32,000 nt of DNA from Alkalilimnicola ehrlichii MLHE-1. GTDB taxonomy: Bacteria > Pseudomonadota > Gammaproteobacteria > Nitrococcales > Halorhodospiraceae. The notes beneath the pieces were generated by a model that saw only the letters and a program-made list of their open reading frames with translations, was not told where the DNA came from and made no database searches. Each line of letters starts with the position of its first letter. Position 1 is the first letter of the stretch. This document shows, one piece after another, positions 7,046-15,634 of this stretch. The stretch covers positions 2,340,001 to 2,372,000 of the forward strand of contig NC_008340.1 in assembly GCF_000014785.1 (NCBI RefSeq), given 5' to 3'. A program made the translations under genes and the position numbers.

Positions 7046-8362
7046 ATGAAAAACGAACATCTCTCCAACACCCGCTTTGACACCCTGGGCCTGCACGATG
7101 CCCTGATGGACGGCATCAAGCGTGCAGGCTTCGAGTACTGCACGCCCATACAGGCCGCCACCCTCCCCAAGGCGCTGGAAGGGCGCGACATCGCCGGCCA
7201 GGCCCAGACCGGCACCGGCAAATCCGCCGCCTTCCTGCTCGCCGCAATGCACCGGCTGATGACCGTACCGGTGGAGGAAGGCAAGGAAGGCCCCTGGACC
7301 CTCATCCTGGCCCCCACCCGGGAACTGGCCCTGCAGATTCACCGCGACGCCCTGCAACTGGGCCGCTACACCGGCCTCAAATGCGCCGCCATCTACGGCG
7401 GCACCGGCTACGAGGCCCAGCGCCAGCAACTGCAGGAAGGCGTGGACATCATTATCGGCACCCCGGGCCGGGTCATCGACTTCTTCAAACAGCGGATTTT
7501 CCACCTCAAGCACATCGAAGTGGTGATCCTCGACGAGGCCGACCGCATGTTCGACCTCGGCTTCATCGCCGACATCCGCTACCTCATGCGACGCATGCCC
7601 GAGCCGTCCAAACGGATGAACATGCTCTTCTCCGCCACCCTCTCCCACCGGGTGATGGAACTGGCCTACGAGCACCTCAACGACCCCGAGGTGGTCCGCA
7701 TCGAATCCGAGCAGATCACCGCCGACAAGGTCCGCCAGAAGCTCTACCACGTCTCCAAGGACGAAAAGATCCCCCTCCTGCTCGGCCTCATCCGCCAGGA
7801 GGAGGCGATGAACCGCAGCATCATCTTCGTCAACACCAAGCGGGCCGCCGACCGGGTCACCGGCTACCTGCTGGGCAACGACATCGAGGCCGCGGTCATC
7901 TCCGGCGACATCCCGCAGAAAAAGCGCGAATCCCTGCTCAAGCGCTTCCAGGACGGCGAACTGCGCTTCCTGGTGGCCACCGATGTGGCCGCCCGTGGGC
8001 TGCACATTGAAGACGTCTCCCACGTCATCAACTACGATCTGCCCCAGGATCCCGAGGACTACGTGCACCGGATCGGCCGCACCGCCCGGGCCGGGGCCAG
8101 CGGCGACGCGATCTCCTTCGCCTGCGAGGAGTACGTCTTCTCACTGCCGGACATCGAAAGCTTCATCGAGCAGCGGATCCCCGCCGAGATGCCCTCGCCC
8201 GAGATGATGGTCGAGCCCAAGCCCCCCAAGCGCATCCAGCGCAGCCGCCCCGGTGGCAAGGGCGGCCGGGGACGCCCCGGCGGGGCGGGCAATCGCCGTC
8301 GAAGCGGCAACGACCGCCGGGGTGGCAACAACGGCTCCAACGGAAGCGGCGGCAACAACTAG
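7046..8362 (+). CDS. rhlB: ATP-dependent DEAD-box RNA helicase RhlB
   Basis: 438 aa from the ATG at 7046. The N-terminus aligns residue-for-residue with my recollection of E. coli RhlB (MKNEHLSNTRFDTLGLH...GF.YCTPIQ). Motifs AQTGTGKS, PTRELA, DEAD, SAT, VATDVAARGL and HRIGRTARAG are present, with an Arg/Gly-rich tail. The 1029-aa track ORF is an upstream read-through artefact. Confidence 0.93.
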   Translation: MKNEHLSNTRFDTLGLHDALMDGIKRAGFEYCTPIQAATLPKALEGRDIAGQAQTGTGKSAAFLLAAMHRLMTVPVEEGKEGPWTLILAPTRELALQIHRDALQLGRYTGLKCAAIYGGTGYEAQRQQLQEGVDIIIGTPGRVIDFFKQRIFHLKHIEVVILDEADRMFDLGFIADIRYLMRRMPEPSKRMNMLFSATLSHRVMELAYEHLNDPEVVRIESEQITADKVRQKLYHVSKDEKIPLLLGLIRQEEAMNRSIIFVNTKRAADRVTGYLLGNDIEAAVISGDIPQKKRESLLKRFQDGELRFLVATDVAARGLHIEDVSHVINYDLPQDPEDYVHRIGRTARAGASGDAISFACEEYVFSLPDIESFIEQRIPAEMPSPEMMVEPKPPKRIQRSRPGGKGGRGRPGGAGNRRRSGNDRRGGNNGSNGSGGNN

Positions 8363-8412
8363 CCCGTTGCGCGGGCCCGGCACCTGACCGGGCACGCCGC
8401 CGCGACGACCCG

Positions 8413-8434
8413 GCGCGGGCACCGATGCCCGCGC
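8413..8434 (+). terminator. Hairpin between rhlB and acpH (possible terminator/attenuator)
   Basis: GCGCGGGCA (8413-8421), loop CCGA, TGCCCGCGC (8426-8434). No T-run. Confidence 0.3.
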
Positions 8435-8448
8435 GGCGGAGACGCGCC

Positions 8449-9069
8449 ATGAACCACCTGGCCCACCTTCAGCTCTCTGACGGCCCCGATGAGCGCCTGG
8501 GCAACCTGCTGGGTGACCATGTGCGTGGCCGGCTGCAGCCCGGGGACTGGCCGCCCGGCGTCTACCGGGGCCTGCACCTCCACCGGCGCATTGACAGCCT
8601 CGCAGATCACCACCCGGCCGCCCGCACCCTGCGTGCCCGCTTTCCCAACGGCGAACGGCGCTGCGCCGGCATCCTGCTCGACCTCTGCCACGATCACTTT
8701 CTGATCCGCCACTGGACCGTGCTCCAGGATCAGCCGCTTGCCGACTGGGTCCGGCGGGTCTACCGCGAGCTGGCCGACCGGCGCCCGGACATGCCTGCGC
8801 CGTTGCAGCAACGACTGCCCACGCTCATTGAGCGAGACTGGCTCCGGGCCTGCAGCGATCTCGAGGGCGTGGAAAGGGTCCTGGCCCGGGTGGCGGGACG
8901 ACTGCGCCGGCCCGAGCCCCTGTTGCGGGCCGGAGCCCGACTGCGTCAACTCTATCCGGACCTGGAGCGCTGCTTCCTCGCCCTTTACCCCGATATCCGG
9001 GCCTCAGTGGCCCACGAACGCGTCCGGGTTCGGGACGGATGGTGTGCAGAGCGCCCCCCGGCGCGCTAA
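8449..9069 (+). CDS. acpH: Acyl carrier protein phosphodiesterase (AcpH)
   Basis: Taken from the ATG at 8449. MNHLAHLQLS...GNLLGDHVRG...HLHRRIDSLAD...DHFL.RHW matches the E. coli AcpH pattern MNFLAHLHLA...GNLLADFVRG...HMHRRID along the full length. Confidence 0.85.
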   Translation: MNHLAHLQLSDGPDERLGNLLGDHVRGRLQPGDWPPGVYRGLHLHRRIDSLADHHPAARTLRARFPNGERRCAGILLDLCHDHFLIRHWTVLQDQPLADWVRRVYRELADRRPDMPAPLQQRLPTLIERDWLRACSDLEGVERVLARVAGRLRRPEPLLRAGARLRQLYPDLERCFLALYPDIRASVAHERVRVRDGWCAERPPAR

Positions 9070-9158
9070 ATTGTTACCGGAAGCCTCGGCGCAACCGGTC
9101 CGCCCCCGGCGGATGCGCACCGGCGCCAACCATCCCTACATGGAGGAGTTAACAGCCC

Positions 9159-10112
9159 ATGCGTCGATCCAGCCTGCTTGCCCTGCTCGCGCTGCTGGCC
9201 GCCGGCCTGACCGCGCTGCCCGCCCACGCCCGCGACCTGACCTTCGGCGGTGCCTCCATCACCGGCGTCTACTATCAGGTGGCCCAGCACGGCTGCCGCC
9301 TGCTGGAGCAACACAAACCGGAGTACAACTGCGTGGGCCGCCCCACCCAAGGCTCGGTGTTCAATATCAACGCCCTCTCTCAAGGCTCCATCGACTTTGG
9401 CGTCGCCCAGTCCGACCGCGCCTGGCAGGCCATCAACGGCCAGGCCGAGTGGGAGCGCCGGGGCGCCTTCGAAGGTCTGCGCAGCCTGTTCGCCATGCAC
9501 CCGGAGACGGTCATGCTGGTGGTACGGGCCGACAGCGATATCCACGCCGTAGAGGACATCACAGGCCACACCATCAACGTCGGCAACCCCGGCTCCGGCC
9601 AGCGCCGTAACGCCATGGACGTCCTGGAGATCTACGGCATCGACCCGCGCAGCGACATCCGCGCCCGCAACCTGCAACAGCACGAGGCCTCCCGCGCCCT
9701 GGTCGATGGCCAGGTGGACGGTTTCTTCTACACCGTGGGCAACCCCAGCGCCGCCATTGAGGAGCCGGCCAACACGGTAGACATCCGCATGATCCCGCTC
9801 GACTCAGACGCCATCCGCGCGTTCGTGGACGAACGGCCCTACTACGTGATGACCCGGATACCCGCCGGCACCTACCCCGGGGTGGACGAGGACATCGGGA
9901 CTTATGCGGTCACCGCCACCGTGGTCACCCACGCCGACATGGACGAGGCCGTGGCCTACGACCTGACCGCCGCTGTCTTTGAACAGATGGACGACCTGCG
10001 CAACGCCCACGCCGCCTTCCGCCATCTGGAGCCCGAGGCCATGATGGAGGGCGTCTCGGTGGACCTCCACCCCGGCGCCCTGCGCTACTACGAAGAGCAG
10101 GGCTGGCGCTGA
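9159..10112 (+). CDS. TAXI-family TRAP transporter solute-binding subunit (secreted)
   Basis: 317 aa. GGAGGAG SD. Signal peptide MRRSSLLALLALLAAGLTALPAHA. TAXI core (FGGASITGVYYQVA..., VGNPGSGQR). It sits immediately upstream of the fused TRAP permease gene. Confidence 0.9.
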   Translation: MRRSSLLALLALLAAGLTALPAHARDLTFGGASITGVYYQVAQHGCRLLEQHKPEYNCVGRPTQGSVFNINALSQGSIDFGVAQSDRAWQAINGQAEWERRGAFEGLRSLFAMHPETVMLVVRADSDIHAVEDITGHTINVGNPGSGQRRNAMDVLEIYGIDPRSDIRARNLQQHEASRALVDGQVDGFFYTVGNPSAAIEEPANTVDIRMIPLDSDAIRAFVDERPYYVMTRIPAGTYPGVDEDIGTYAVTATVVTHADMDEAVAYDLTAAVFEQMDDLRNAHAAFRHLEPEAMMEGVSVDLHPGALRYYEEQGWR

Positions 10113-10118
10113 GGCCTG

Positions 10119-10146
10119 CGCCCGCCCCGGGCCACCGGGGTGGGCG
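10119..10146 (+). terminator. Intercistronic GC-rich hairpin between the TRAP binding-protein and permease genes (possible partial terminator or mRNA stabiliser)
   Basis: 12-bp stem CGCCCGCCCCGG / CCGGGGTGGGCG with one G-U pair and a GCCA loop. It lies 7 nt after the binding-protein stop. Confidence 0.4.
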
Positions 10147-10166
10147 GCACTCTCCTGCCCCGCTGA

Positions 10167-12287
10167 ATGAGCACCCCGCGTAACGGTGAGGACCAGGCCC
10201 GGGAGATGGCCCGGGCCGTGGAGAGCGGTGCCCGCCAGCCACGCGGCCGGCTGGCCGTGGCGGCCATCGCGCTGCTGTGCCTGGCCTGGTCCGCTTTCCA
10301 GGTGGCCATCGCCTGGGACCCCATCGACGCCCACATCGCCCGGGTCTGGCACCTGGCCTTCGCCATCACCCTGGCCTACCTGTTGTTCCCCGCCCGGCAC
10401 CGCCCGGCGCCGCGCTGGCTCCGCCCCCTGCAGCGCTTTGGCCTGTTCCGGGACAACCGCCAGCGCATCCCGTGGGTCGATATCCTGCTCGCCCTGGTGG
10501 CGGCCGCCGCCACCCTGTGGATCTGGTGGGACTACGAGGAGATCCTCTGGCGGGCCGGGCTGCCCGAGCCCCAGGACATCGTCCTGGGCATCGTGCTGGT
10601 GGTGCTGTTGCTGGAGGCAGCCCGGCGAACCTTGGGCTGGGCGCTGCCCATTCTCGCTGCCCTGTTCCTGATCTACTGCTTCGCCGGCCCCTGGATGCCC
10701 GGGCTGCTCCGCCACCGCGGCGTGTCGCTGGAGATCCTGGTCAACGACATGTACCTGAGCGACTCCGGGATCTTCGGGGTGCCACTGGGCGTGTCGGTGG
10801 GGTTCGTCTTCCTGTTCGTGCTGCTGGGCGCGCTGCTGGAGCGGGCGGGGGCCGGCAAGTACTTTATCGACGTGGCCTACTCCGCCCTGGGCAGCCTGCG
10901 CGGCGGCCCGGCCAAGGCGGCGGTGTTCGCCTCCGGGCTCACCGGCTCGGTGTCCGGCTCCTCCATTGCCAACACCGTCACCACCGGTACTTTTACCATC
11001 CCGCTGATGAAACGGGTGGGTCTGCCGCCGCACAAGGCGGCGGCGGTGGAGGTGGCCGCCTCCACCAACGGCCAGTTGATGCCGCCGGTGATGGGCGCGG
11101 CCGCCTTCATCATGGCGGAGATCGTCGGCCTGCCCTATCTCGATGTACTGCGGGCGGCGATCATCCCGGCGCTGGTGGCCTACATCGCCCTCTTCTACGT
11201 AGTGCATGTGGAGGCCTGCAAAGAAAACGTGGCCGTGGTGCCGCGCAGCGAACTGCCCCCCTTCTGGTCCACGCTACTGCGCGGCCTGCACTACCTGGTG
11301 CCGCTACTGATGCTCATCTGGTTCCTAGTGATCATGCGCCGCTCGCCGGTGGCCTCGGCACTGCTGGCCATCCAGGCCACCGTGGTGATCATGCTGGTGC
11401 AGCGGCCCATCCTGGCCTACCTGACCCATCGGCGGATGGGCGCCGGGGCGCCCCTCTACCGGGTGTTGGGGCAGGCCCTGCTGGGCGGTGTGGGCGATGT
11501 GCTGCGGGGGATGATCGGCGGCGCCCGGAATATGGTGGCCGTGGGGGTGGCCACCGCCACCGCCGGGATCATTGTCGGGGTGGTCAGCACCACCGGGCTG
11601 GTGGGCCGCTTCGTCAACGTCATCGAGGTGCTCTCCATGGGGAGCCTCTACCTGATGCTGGGGCTCACCGCCCTCACCTGCATCATCCTCGGCATGGGGC
11701 TGCCCACCACCGCCAACTACATTGTCATGGCCACGCTGACCGCCCCGGTGATCGTCCAGTTGGGCGGTGACATGGGGCTGCTGATCCCGGTGATCGCCGC
11801 CCACCTGTTTGTGTTCTATTTCGGCATCCTGGCCGACGACACCCCACCGGTGGGGTTGGCGGCCTATGCCGGCGCGGCGATCGCCCAGAGCCCGCCCCTG
11901 AAGACCGGGGTCCAGAGTTTCAGTTACGACCTGCGCACCGCGATCCTGCCCTTCGTCTTCGTTTTCAATACCGAACTGCTGATGATCAGCGGTTTGGACG
12001 AGGCGGGGCGGATCATCTGGCAGACCGACCCGGTGGTGATCGGCTGGACGTTCCTCACCGCCCTGCTGGGGCTGTTCGCGCTGGTCTCCGCCATCGCCGG
12101 CTACGCCGGCAGCCGCTGCCACAGGCTGGAGCGGCTGCTGTTGCTGGCCCTGGCGCTGCTGCTGCTGCGCCCGGACTGGCTGGCCGAGCCCACCGCGGCA
12201 CCGGCCGCACTGGTCCAGATCGCCTGCCTGGCGGCGTATGGCATGCTGTATCTCTGGCAACGCCGACGCGCACCCCGGCCCGCCTGA
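10167..12287 (+). CDS. TRAP transporter fused permease (TAXI-associated, DctQM-like fusion)
   Basis: 706 aa, polytopic throughout. Conserved blocks GSVSGSSIANTVTTGTFTIPLMK and AAFIMAE are typical of TAXI-TRAP large fused permeases. Confidence 0.9.
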   Translation: MSTPRNGEDQAREMARAVESGARQPRGRLAVAAIALLCLAWSAFQVAIAWDPIDAHIARVWHLAFAITLAYLLFPARHRPAPRWLRPLQRFGLFRDNRQRIPWVDILLALVAAAATLWIWWDYEEILWRAGLPEPQDIVLGIVLVVLLLEAARRTLGWALPILAALFLIYCFAGPWMPGLLRHRGVSLEILVNDMYLSDSGIFGVPLGVSVGFVFLFVLLGALLERAGAGKYFIDVAYSALGSLRGGPAKAAVFASGLTGSVSGSSIANTVTTGTFTIPLMKRVGLPPHKAAAVEVAASTNGQLMPPVMGAAAFIMAEIVGLPYLDVLRAAIIPALVAYIALFYVVHVEACKENVAVVPRSELPPFWSTLLRGLHYLVPLLMLIWFLVIMRRSPVASALLAIQATVVIMLVQRPILAYLTHRRMGAGAPLYRVLGQALLGGVGDVLRGMIGGARNMVAVGVATATAGIIVGVVSTTGLVGRFVNVIEVLSMGSLYLMLGLTALTCIILGMGLPTTANYIVMATLTAPVIVQLGGDMGLLIPVIAAHLFVFYFGILADDTPPVGLAAYAGAAIAQSPPLKTGVQSFSYDLRTAILPFVFVFNTELLMISGLDEAGRIIWQTDPVVIGWTFLTALLGLFALVSAIAGYAGSRCHRLERLLLLALALLLLRPDWLAEPTAAPAALVQIACLAAYGMLYLWQRRRAPRPA

Positions 12288-12288
12288 T

Positions 12289-12312
12289 GCCGGCGGGCAG
12301 GTCGCCGCCGGC
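12289..12312 (+). terminator. Hairpin just after the TRAP permease stop
   Basis: GCCGGCGG (12289-12296) pairs with CCGCCGGC (12305-12312) around an 8-nt loop. No T-run. Confidence 0.3.
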
Positions 12313-12386
12313 CCCTTACCCCGGCAGCAGCAAAGTGCTAGTTTTCGGGTATCACCCGTCGGATCCGCGATCACTCTGGAGCGACC

Positions 12387-12815
12387 ATGTACGAGTTCGT
12401 CAACTACCAGGTCAAGGATTACATGACCCCCGCCCCCCGCACCATCAGCCCGGACACCGCGCTGCGGGAGTTGGAAGCGCTGTTCGCACGCCACGATTTC
12501 AATGGTGTCCCGGTCACCGATGAGCAGCAGACCTTGCTCGGGGTAGCCACCAAATTCGACCTGCTCAAGGCCTTCACCTTCCAGCCGACGGCCATGATCC
12601 CCCCCTACGAGGCCATCATGGCGCGCAAGGTGGCCGACTACATGACCCGGGAACCGGTCACCACCCAGCCCGATATGCCGCTCACCCGTGTCCTCCAACG
12701 CATGGTGGAGATGCGCACCAAGAGCTTCCCGGTGGTGGACGACGGCCGGGTGGTCGGTGTCATCGCCCGCGAGGACATCCTGCGGGCCCTGGAGGACGCC
12801 ACCCGCGCCGGCTGA
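12387..12815 (+). CDS. Stand-alone CBS-pair (Bateman module) protein
   Basis: 142 aa. GGAG lies 6 nt upstream of the ATG. Two CBS repeats (VKDYMTPAPRTISPD...GVPVTD..LLGVATKFDLL and VADYMTREPVTT...FPVVDDGRVVGVIAREDILRAL). Confidence 0.85.
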   Translation: MYEFVNYQVKDYMTPAPRTISPDTALRELEALFARHDFNGVPVTDEQQTLLGVATKFDLLKAFTFQPTAMIPPYEAIMARKVADYMTREPVTTQPDMPLTRVLQRMVEMRTKSFPVVDDGRVVGVIAREDILRALEDATRAG

Positions 12816-12828
12816 CTCTGGAGAGCGA

Positions 12829-13662
12829 ATGAATCCATCCACCACGATCGGCATGCTCGGCGGGCTGGGCATGCTGGTCACTGTGTTGTTCTTCGCGGCC
12901 GAGGAGCCGGCCGCCTTCATCAATCTGCCGGGGCTGGCCATCGTCCTCGGCGGCACCTTCGCCGCCACCTTTCTCAGCTACCCGCTGAAAGAGGTGCTAC
13001 GGGTCTTCGGCCTGTTCGGCATCGTGCTGCGCAACGAGCGCCTGTACACCCGGGACGACATGGAGGAGCTGATCCAGATCTCCCGGCTCTGGCTGCGGGG
13101 CGATATCCGCGCCGTGGAGGCGGCCCTGGACAAGGTCTCCAACCCCTTCCTGCGCACCGGTGTGCAGTTGCTGATCGACCTCACGCCGGAGGAGGACATC
13201 CTCGATCTGCTGCAATGGCGCATCTCCCGCCTGCGTGCCCGCGAGCGGGCCGAGGCCCAGCTGTTCCGGGTGATGGCCAGCTTCGCCCCGGCCTTCGGCA
13301 TGATCGGCACCCTGGTGGGGCTGATCAACATGATGTTCATCCTCGACCAGGGGGACATCGCCCTGATCGGCCAGCACATGGCCGTGGCGCTACTGACCAC
13401 CTTCTACGGCATCCTGCTCGCCAACATGGTGTTCAAACCGATCGCGGTGAAGCTGGAGCGCCGGACCGAGCAGCGGGTGGTGCTGATGAATATGGTGCTG
13501 CAGGGCATCTCCATGATGTGTCAGAAACGCAACCCGACACTGATGCGCGAGACGCTCAACTCCTTCATGGCGCACTATAAGGACGAAATCCGCGACCCCA
13601 GCATCCGGCTGGATGCCGAGAACGGGGCCCAGGCACCGGCAGGACCCAACAGTGGACGCTGA
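12829..13662 (+). CDS. MotA/PomA-family stator protein (MotA/TolQ/ExbB proton-channel family)
   Basis: 277 aa from the ATG at 12829, with GGAGAG upstream. Topology is 2 TM, a cytoplasmic loop of about 100 aa, then 2 TM. TM3/TM4 signatures FAPAFGMIGTLVGLINMM and MAVALLTTFYGILLANMVFKPIAVKL closely resemble PomA/MotA. Confidence 0.85.
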   Translation: MNPSTTIGMLGGLGMLVTVLFFAAEEPAAFINLPGLAIVLGGTFAATFLSYPLKEVLRVFGLFGIVLRNERLYTRDDMEELIQISRLWLRGDIRAVEAALDKVSNPFLRTGVQLLIDLTPEEDILDLLQWRISRLRARERAEAQLFRVMASFAPAFGMIGTLVGLINMMFILDQGDIALIGQHMAVALLTTFYGILLANMVFKPIAVKLERRTEQRVVLMNMVLQGISMMCQKRNPTLMRETLNSFMAHYKDEIRDPSIRLDAENGAQAPAGPNSGR

Positions 13663-14407
13663 GCAGTCCGCAGCAGCGGGCGGAACGGGCGCATTCCGCC
13701 GGGGCCGATTCGCCCAGTGGCACGTGGAACCGGCCGAGGACACGGAGGGTGAGAGCTGGCTGTTGGTCTACCTGGATGTGATGACCCTGCTGCTGGTGAT
13801 GTTCGTGGTCATGCTGGCCTTCACGGAGGATCACGCCGGGGTCCCGGAGCAGGAACCCGGCCTGTTTGCCGGGCAGGCCGGCGTACCCAGTGTGCTGGAG
13901 GGCGAGTTCGGTCCACTCTACGCCTTGCCGGAATCCCCGGCACCCGTCGCCGACCCGGCCACGGAGGAAGACCCCGTAGACCAGGCCATGGCAGACGAGC
14001 TGGATGCACTGGGCGACGATATCGACGTCCTGGTGGAGGCGGGCAGCATCAGCTTCCGGATCAGCGACGAGATCCTGTTCCCCTCCGGCGAGGCCGAACT
14101 CACGGACCAGGGGCTGCAGGTCCTCGGGCAGCTCATCCCGGTACTGGAGGTCAGCGACCATCGGATCACTGTGGAGGGCCACACCGACAATGTCCCCATC
14201 GCCACGGAGCGCTTCCCCTCCAACTGGGAACTGTCCACCGGTCGCGCCACGCGGGTCCTGCGCTTTCTCGAGGCGGAGGGGATCGCCTCCACCCGCCTCC
14301 AGGCCACCGGCCTCGCCGACACCCGCCCCATTGCCGGCAATGCCACCGCCGAGGGGCGTGCCCAAAACCGTCGGGTGGAGTTGGTGCTGCAGACGCCGGC
14401 GGAGTAG
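13613..14407 (+). CDS. MotB/PomB-like protein (plug/TM segment plus OmpA-like peptidoglycan-binding domain)
   Basis: TM segment with the channel Asp (WLLVYLDVMTLLLVMFVVML). C-terminal OmpA/MotB domain (FPSGEAEL...VEGHTDNVPI...FPSNWELSTGRA...NRRVELVL). The start is uncertain: ATG at 13613 overlaps the MotA-like gene by 50 nt, and GTG at 13652 overlaps it by 11 nt. Confidence 0.8.
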   Translation: MPRTGPRHRQDPTVDAEQSAAAGGTGAFRRGRFAQWHVEPAEDTEGESWLLVYLDVMTLLLVMFVVMLAFTEDHAGVPEQEPGLFAGQAGVPSVLEGEFGPLYALPESPAPVADPATEEDPVDQAMADELDALGDDIDVLVEAGSISFRISDEILFPSGEAELTDQGLQVLGQLIPVLEVSDHRITVEGHTDNVPIATERFPSNWELSTGRATRVLRFLEAEGIASTRLQATGLADTRPIAGNATAEGRAQNRRVELVLQTPAE

Positions 14408-14485
14408 GCCACCTTTGAGCGCGCGCTCCATTGCGGGCATACTCGGCGGGCCATACCCATACACAACAACAGGCTATTATTCAGA

Positions 14486-15634
14486 ATGACCACACCGCCC
14501 GCAATGCAGGCGCTCCACCGATGGCTCGAGCGGCTCAGCCTCCCCGACCTGTTGGATACCCGCGGTCACTCGCAGGATTTCTCCGGCTCCCGGGCCGGCT
14601 ACATCAACACCCGCATCCGGCCCCTCGCCCTGGTGCTGGCCCTGCTGATCCCGGCCTGGATCCCGGTGGATTACGCCTTTATGCCGATCGGCGAGTTCAC
14701 GCTAATGGCGTTGCTGCGGGTGGCCTGCACCGCCGTGCTGTTGGGGTTGTTCTTCTGGTGTGGCCGCGAGCAGCTCACGCTGCCGCAGGCCCGGCTCCGA
14801 CTGGGGCTGCTGATCACCATCCCGCTGCTGCTCTACGGCGCGGCCCGCCTGCTCCTGAACGGCGATGTCGCCCCCGGGCTGATCCTGGGCTACTCCTTCT
14901 TTCCGGTGCTGACGGTGGCCATGCTCACCGTCTTCCCGCTCACCCTGCGCGAGGCGCTCGGCTACCTGCTGCCGGTACTGCTCGTCTACACCCTGCTCGA
15001 GATCGCGGTCGGCCGCACCCTGGACCTGCAGAGCCTCGGCGGGCTCTGGCTGCTAGTACTGGTGGCACTGGTGGCCGCCTGGTCGGTCGCCGGCCAGCTG
15101 TTGATGCTGCTGCGGCTCTACCGACAGGCCACCCGCGATCCGCTCACCGGGCTGTTCAACCGGCGCGCCCTGACCGAGCAGATCGAACGCGAGCGCGCCC
15201 GCTTCCTGCGCACCGGACGCCCGCTCACGGTGTTGCTCTTCGATCTGGACCGGTTCAAGCGGATCAACGATCACCACGGCCATCTGGTCGGCGACCGGGT
15301 ACTGCAGGTGTTCGCCAACGTGGTCCAACAGAACCTGCGTACCACCGATCACTTCGGACGCTGGGGCGGCGAGGAGTTCCTCGCCGCCCTCCCCGAGACC
15401 ACCTCGGAGCAGGCCCGGGTGGTGGCCGAGCGGGTCCGGCAGGCCTGCGAGAACGAGCGGCTGACCCTGGCCGAGGGCCCGTCGCTCGGCTTTACTACCA
15501 GTATCGGGGTTGCCACCCTGCACCGGGATGAGACCCTGGACTCCCTGTTCAACCGAGTGGATGAGGCCTTGTACAACGCCAAGGCCTATGGCAGAAACCG
15601 AGTCGTCGAAGCGGAGGTCCCCGCCAGCGCATGA
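14486..15634 (+). CDS. Membrane-bound diguanylate cyclase (multi-TM N-terminal domain plus GGDEF)
   Basis: 382 aa with about 6 TM segments, then DPLTGLFNRR...LLFDLDRFKRINDHHGH..GD and an intact GGEEF. An RxxD I-site (RTTD) lies 5 residues upstream of GGEEF. Confidence 0.9.
   Translation: MTTPPAMQALHRWLERLSLPDLLDTRGHSQDFSGSRAGYINTRIRPLALVLALLIPAWIPVDYAFMPIGEFTLMALLRVACTAVLLGLFFWCGREQLTLPQARLRLGLLITIPLLLYGAARLLLNGDVAPGLILGYSFFPVLTVAMLTVFPLTLREALGYLLPVLLVYTLLEIAVGRTLDLQSLGGLWLLVLVALVAAWSVAGQLLMLLRLYRQATRDPLTGLFNRRALTEQIERERARFLRTGRPLTVLLFDLDRFKRINDHHGHLVGDRVLQVFANVVQQNLRTTDHFGRWGGEEFLAALPETTSEQARVVAERVRQACENERLTLAEGPSLGFTTSIGVATLHRDETLDSLFNRVDEALYNAKAYGRNRVVEAEVPASA

Noticed and set aside
5273-8362. 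1029-aa ORF on the + strand, the second longest in the track
   Set aside because: It is a chimera. Its first ~400 codons (up to about 6493) are antisense to the MFS transporter gene. The middle reads through the intergenic repeats, where the microsatellite gives PTPTPT/ALALAL. Only the last 438 codons (from the ATG at 7046) align with RhlB from its very N-terminus. There is no in-frame stop simply because of the GC-rich composition.
9804-12968. 467-aa and 547-aa minus-strand ORFs (9804-11207 and 11325-12968)
   Set aside because: They are antisense to the TAXI/TRAP permease and CBS/MotA-like genes. The translations are Gly/His/Gln/Arg/Asp-rich with no domain signatures and no SD context.
12829-14407. 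Zorya-type anti-phage defence system (ZorA/ZorB are MotA/MotB homologs)
   Set aside because: As I recall, ZorA proteins are much longer (around 700 aa, with a long C-terminal tail) and are accompanied by ZorC/ZorD or ZorE. Here the MotA-like protein is 277 aa with classic PomA organisation, and no such partner genes follow.
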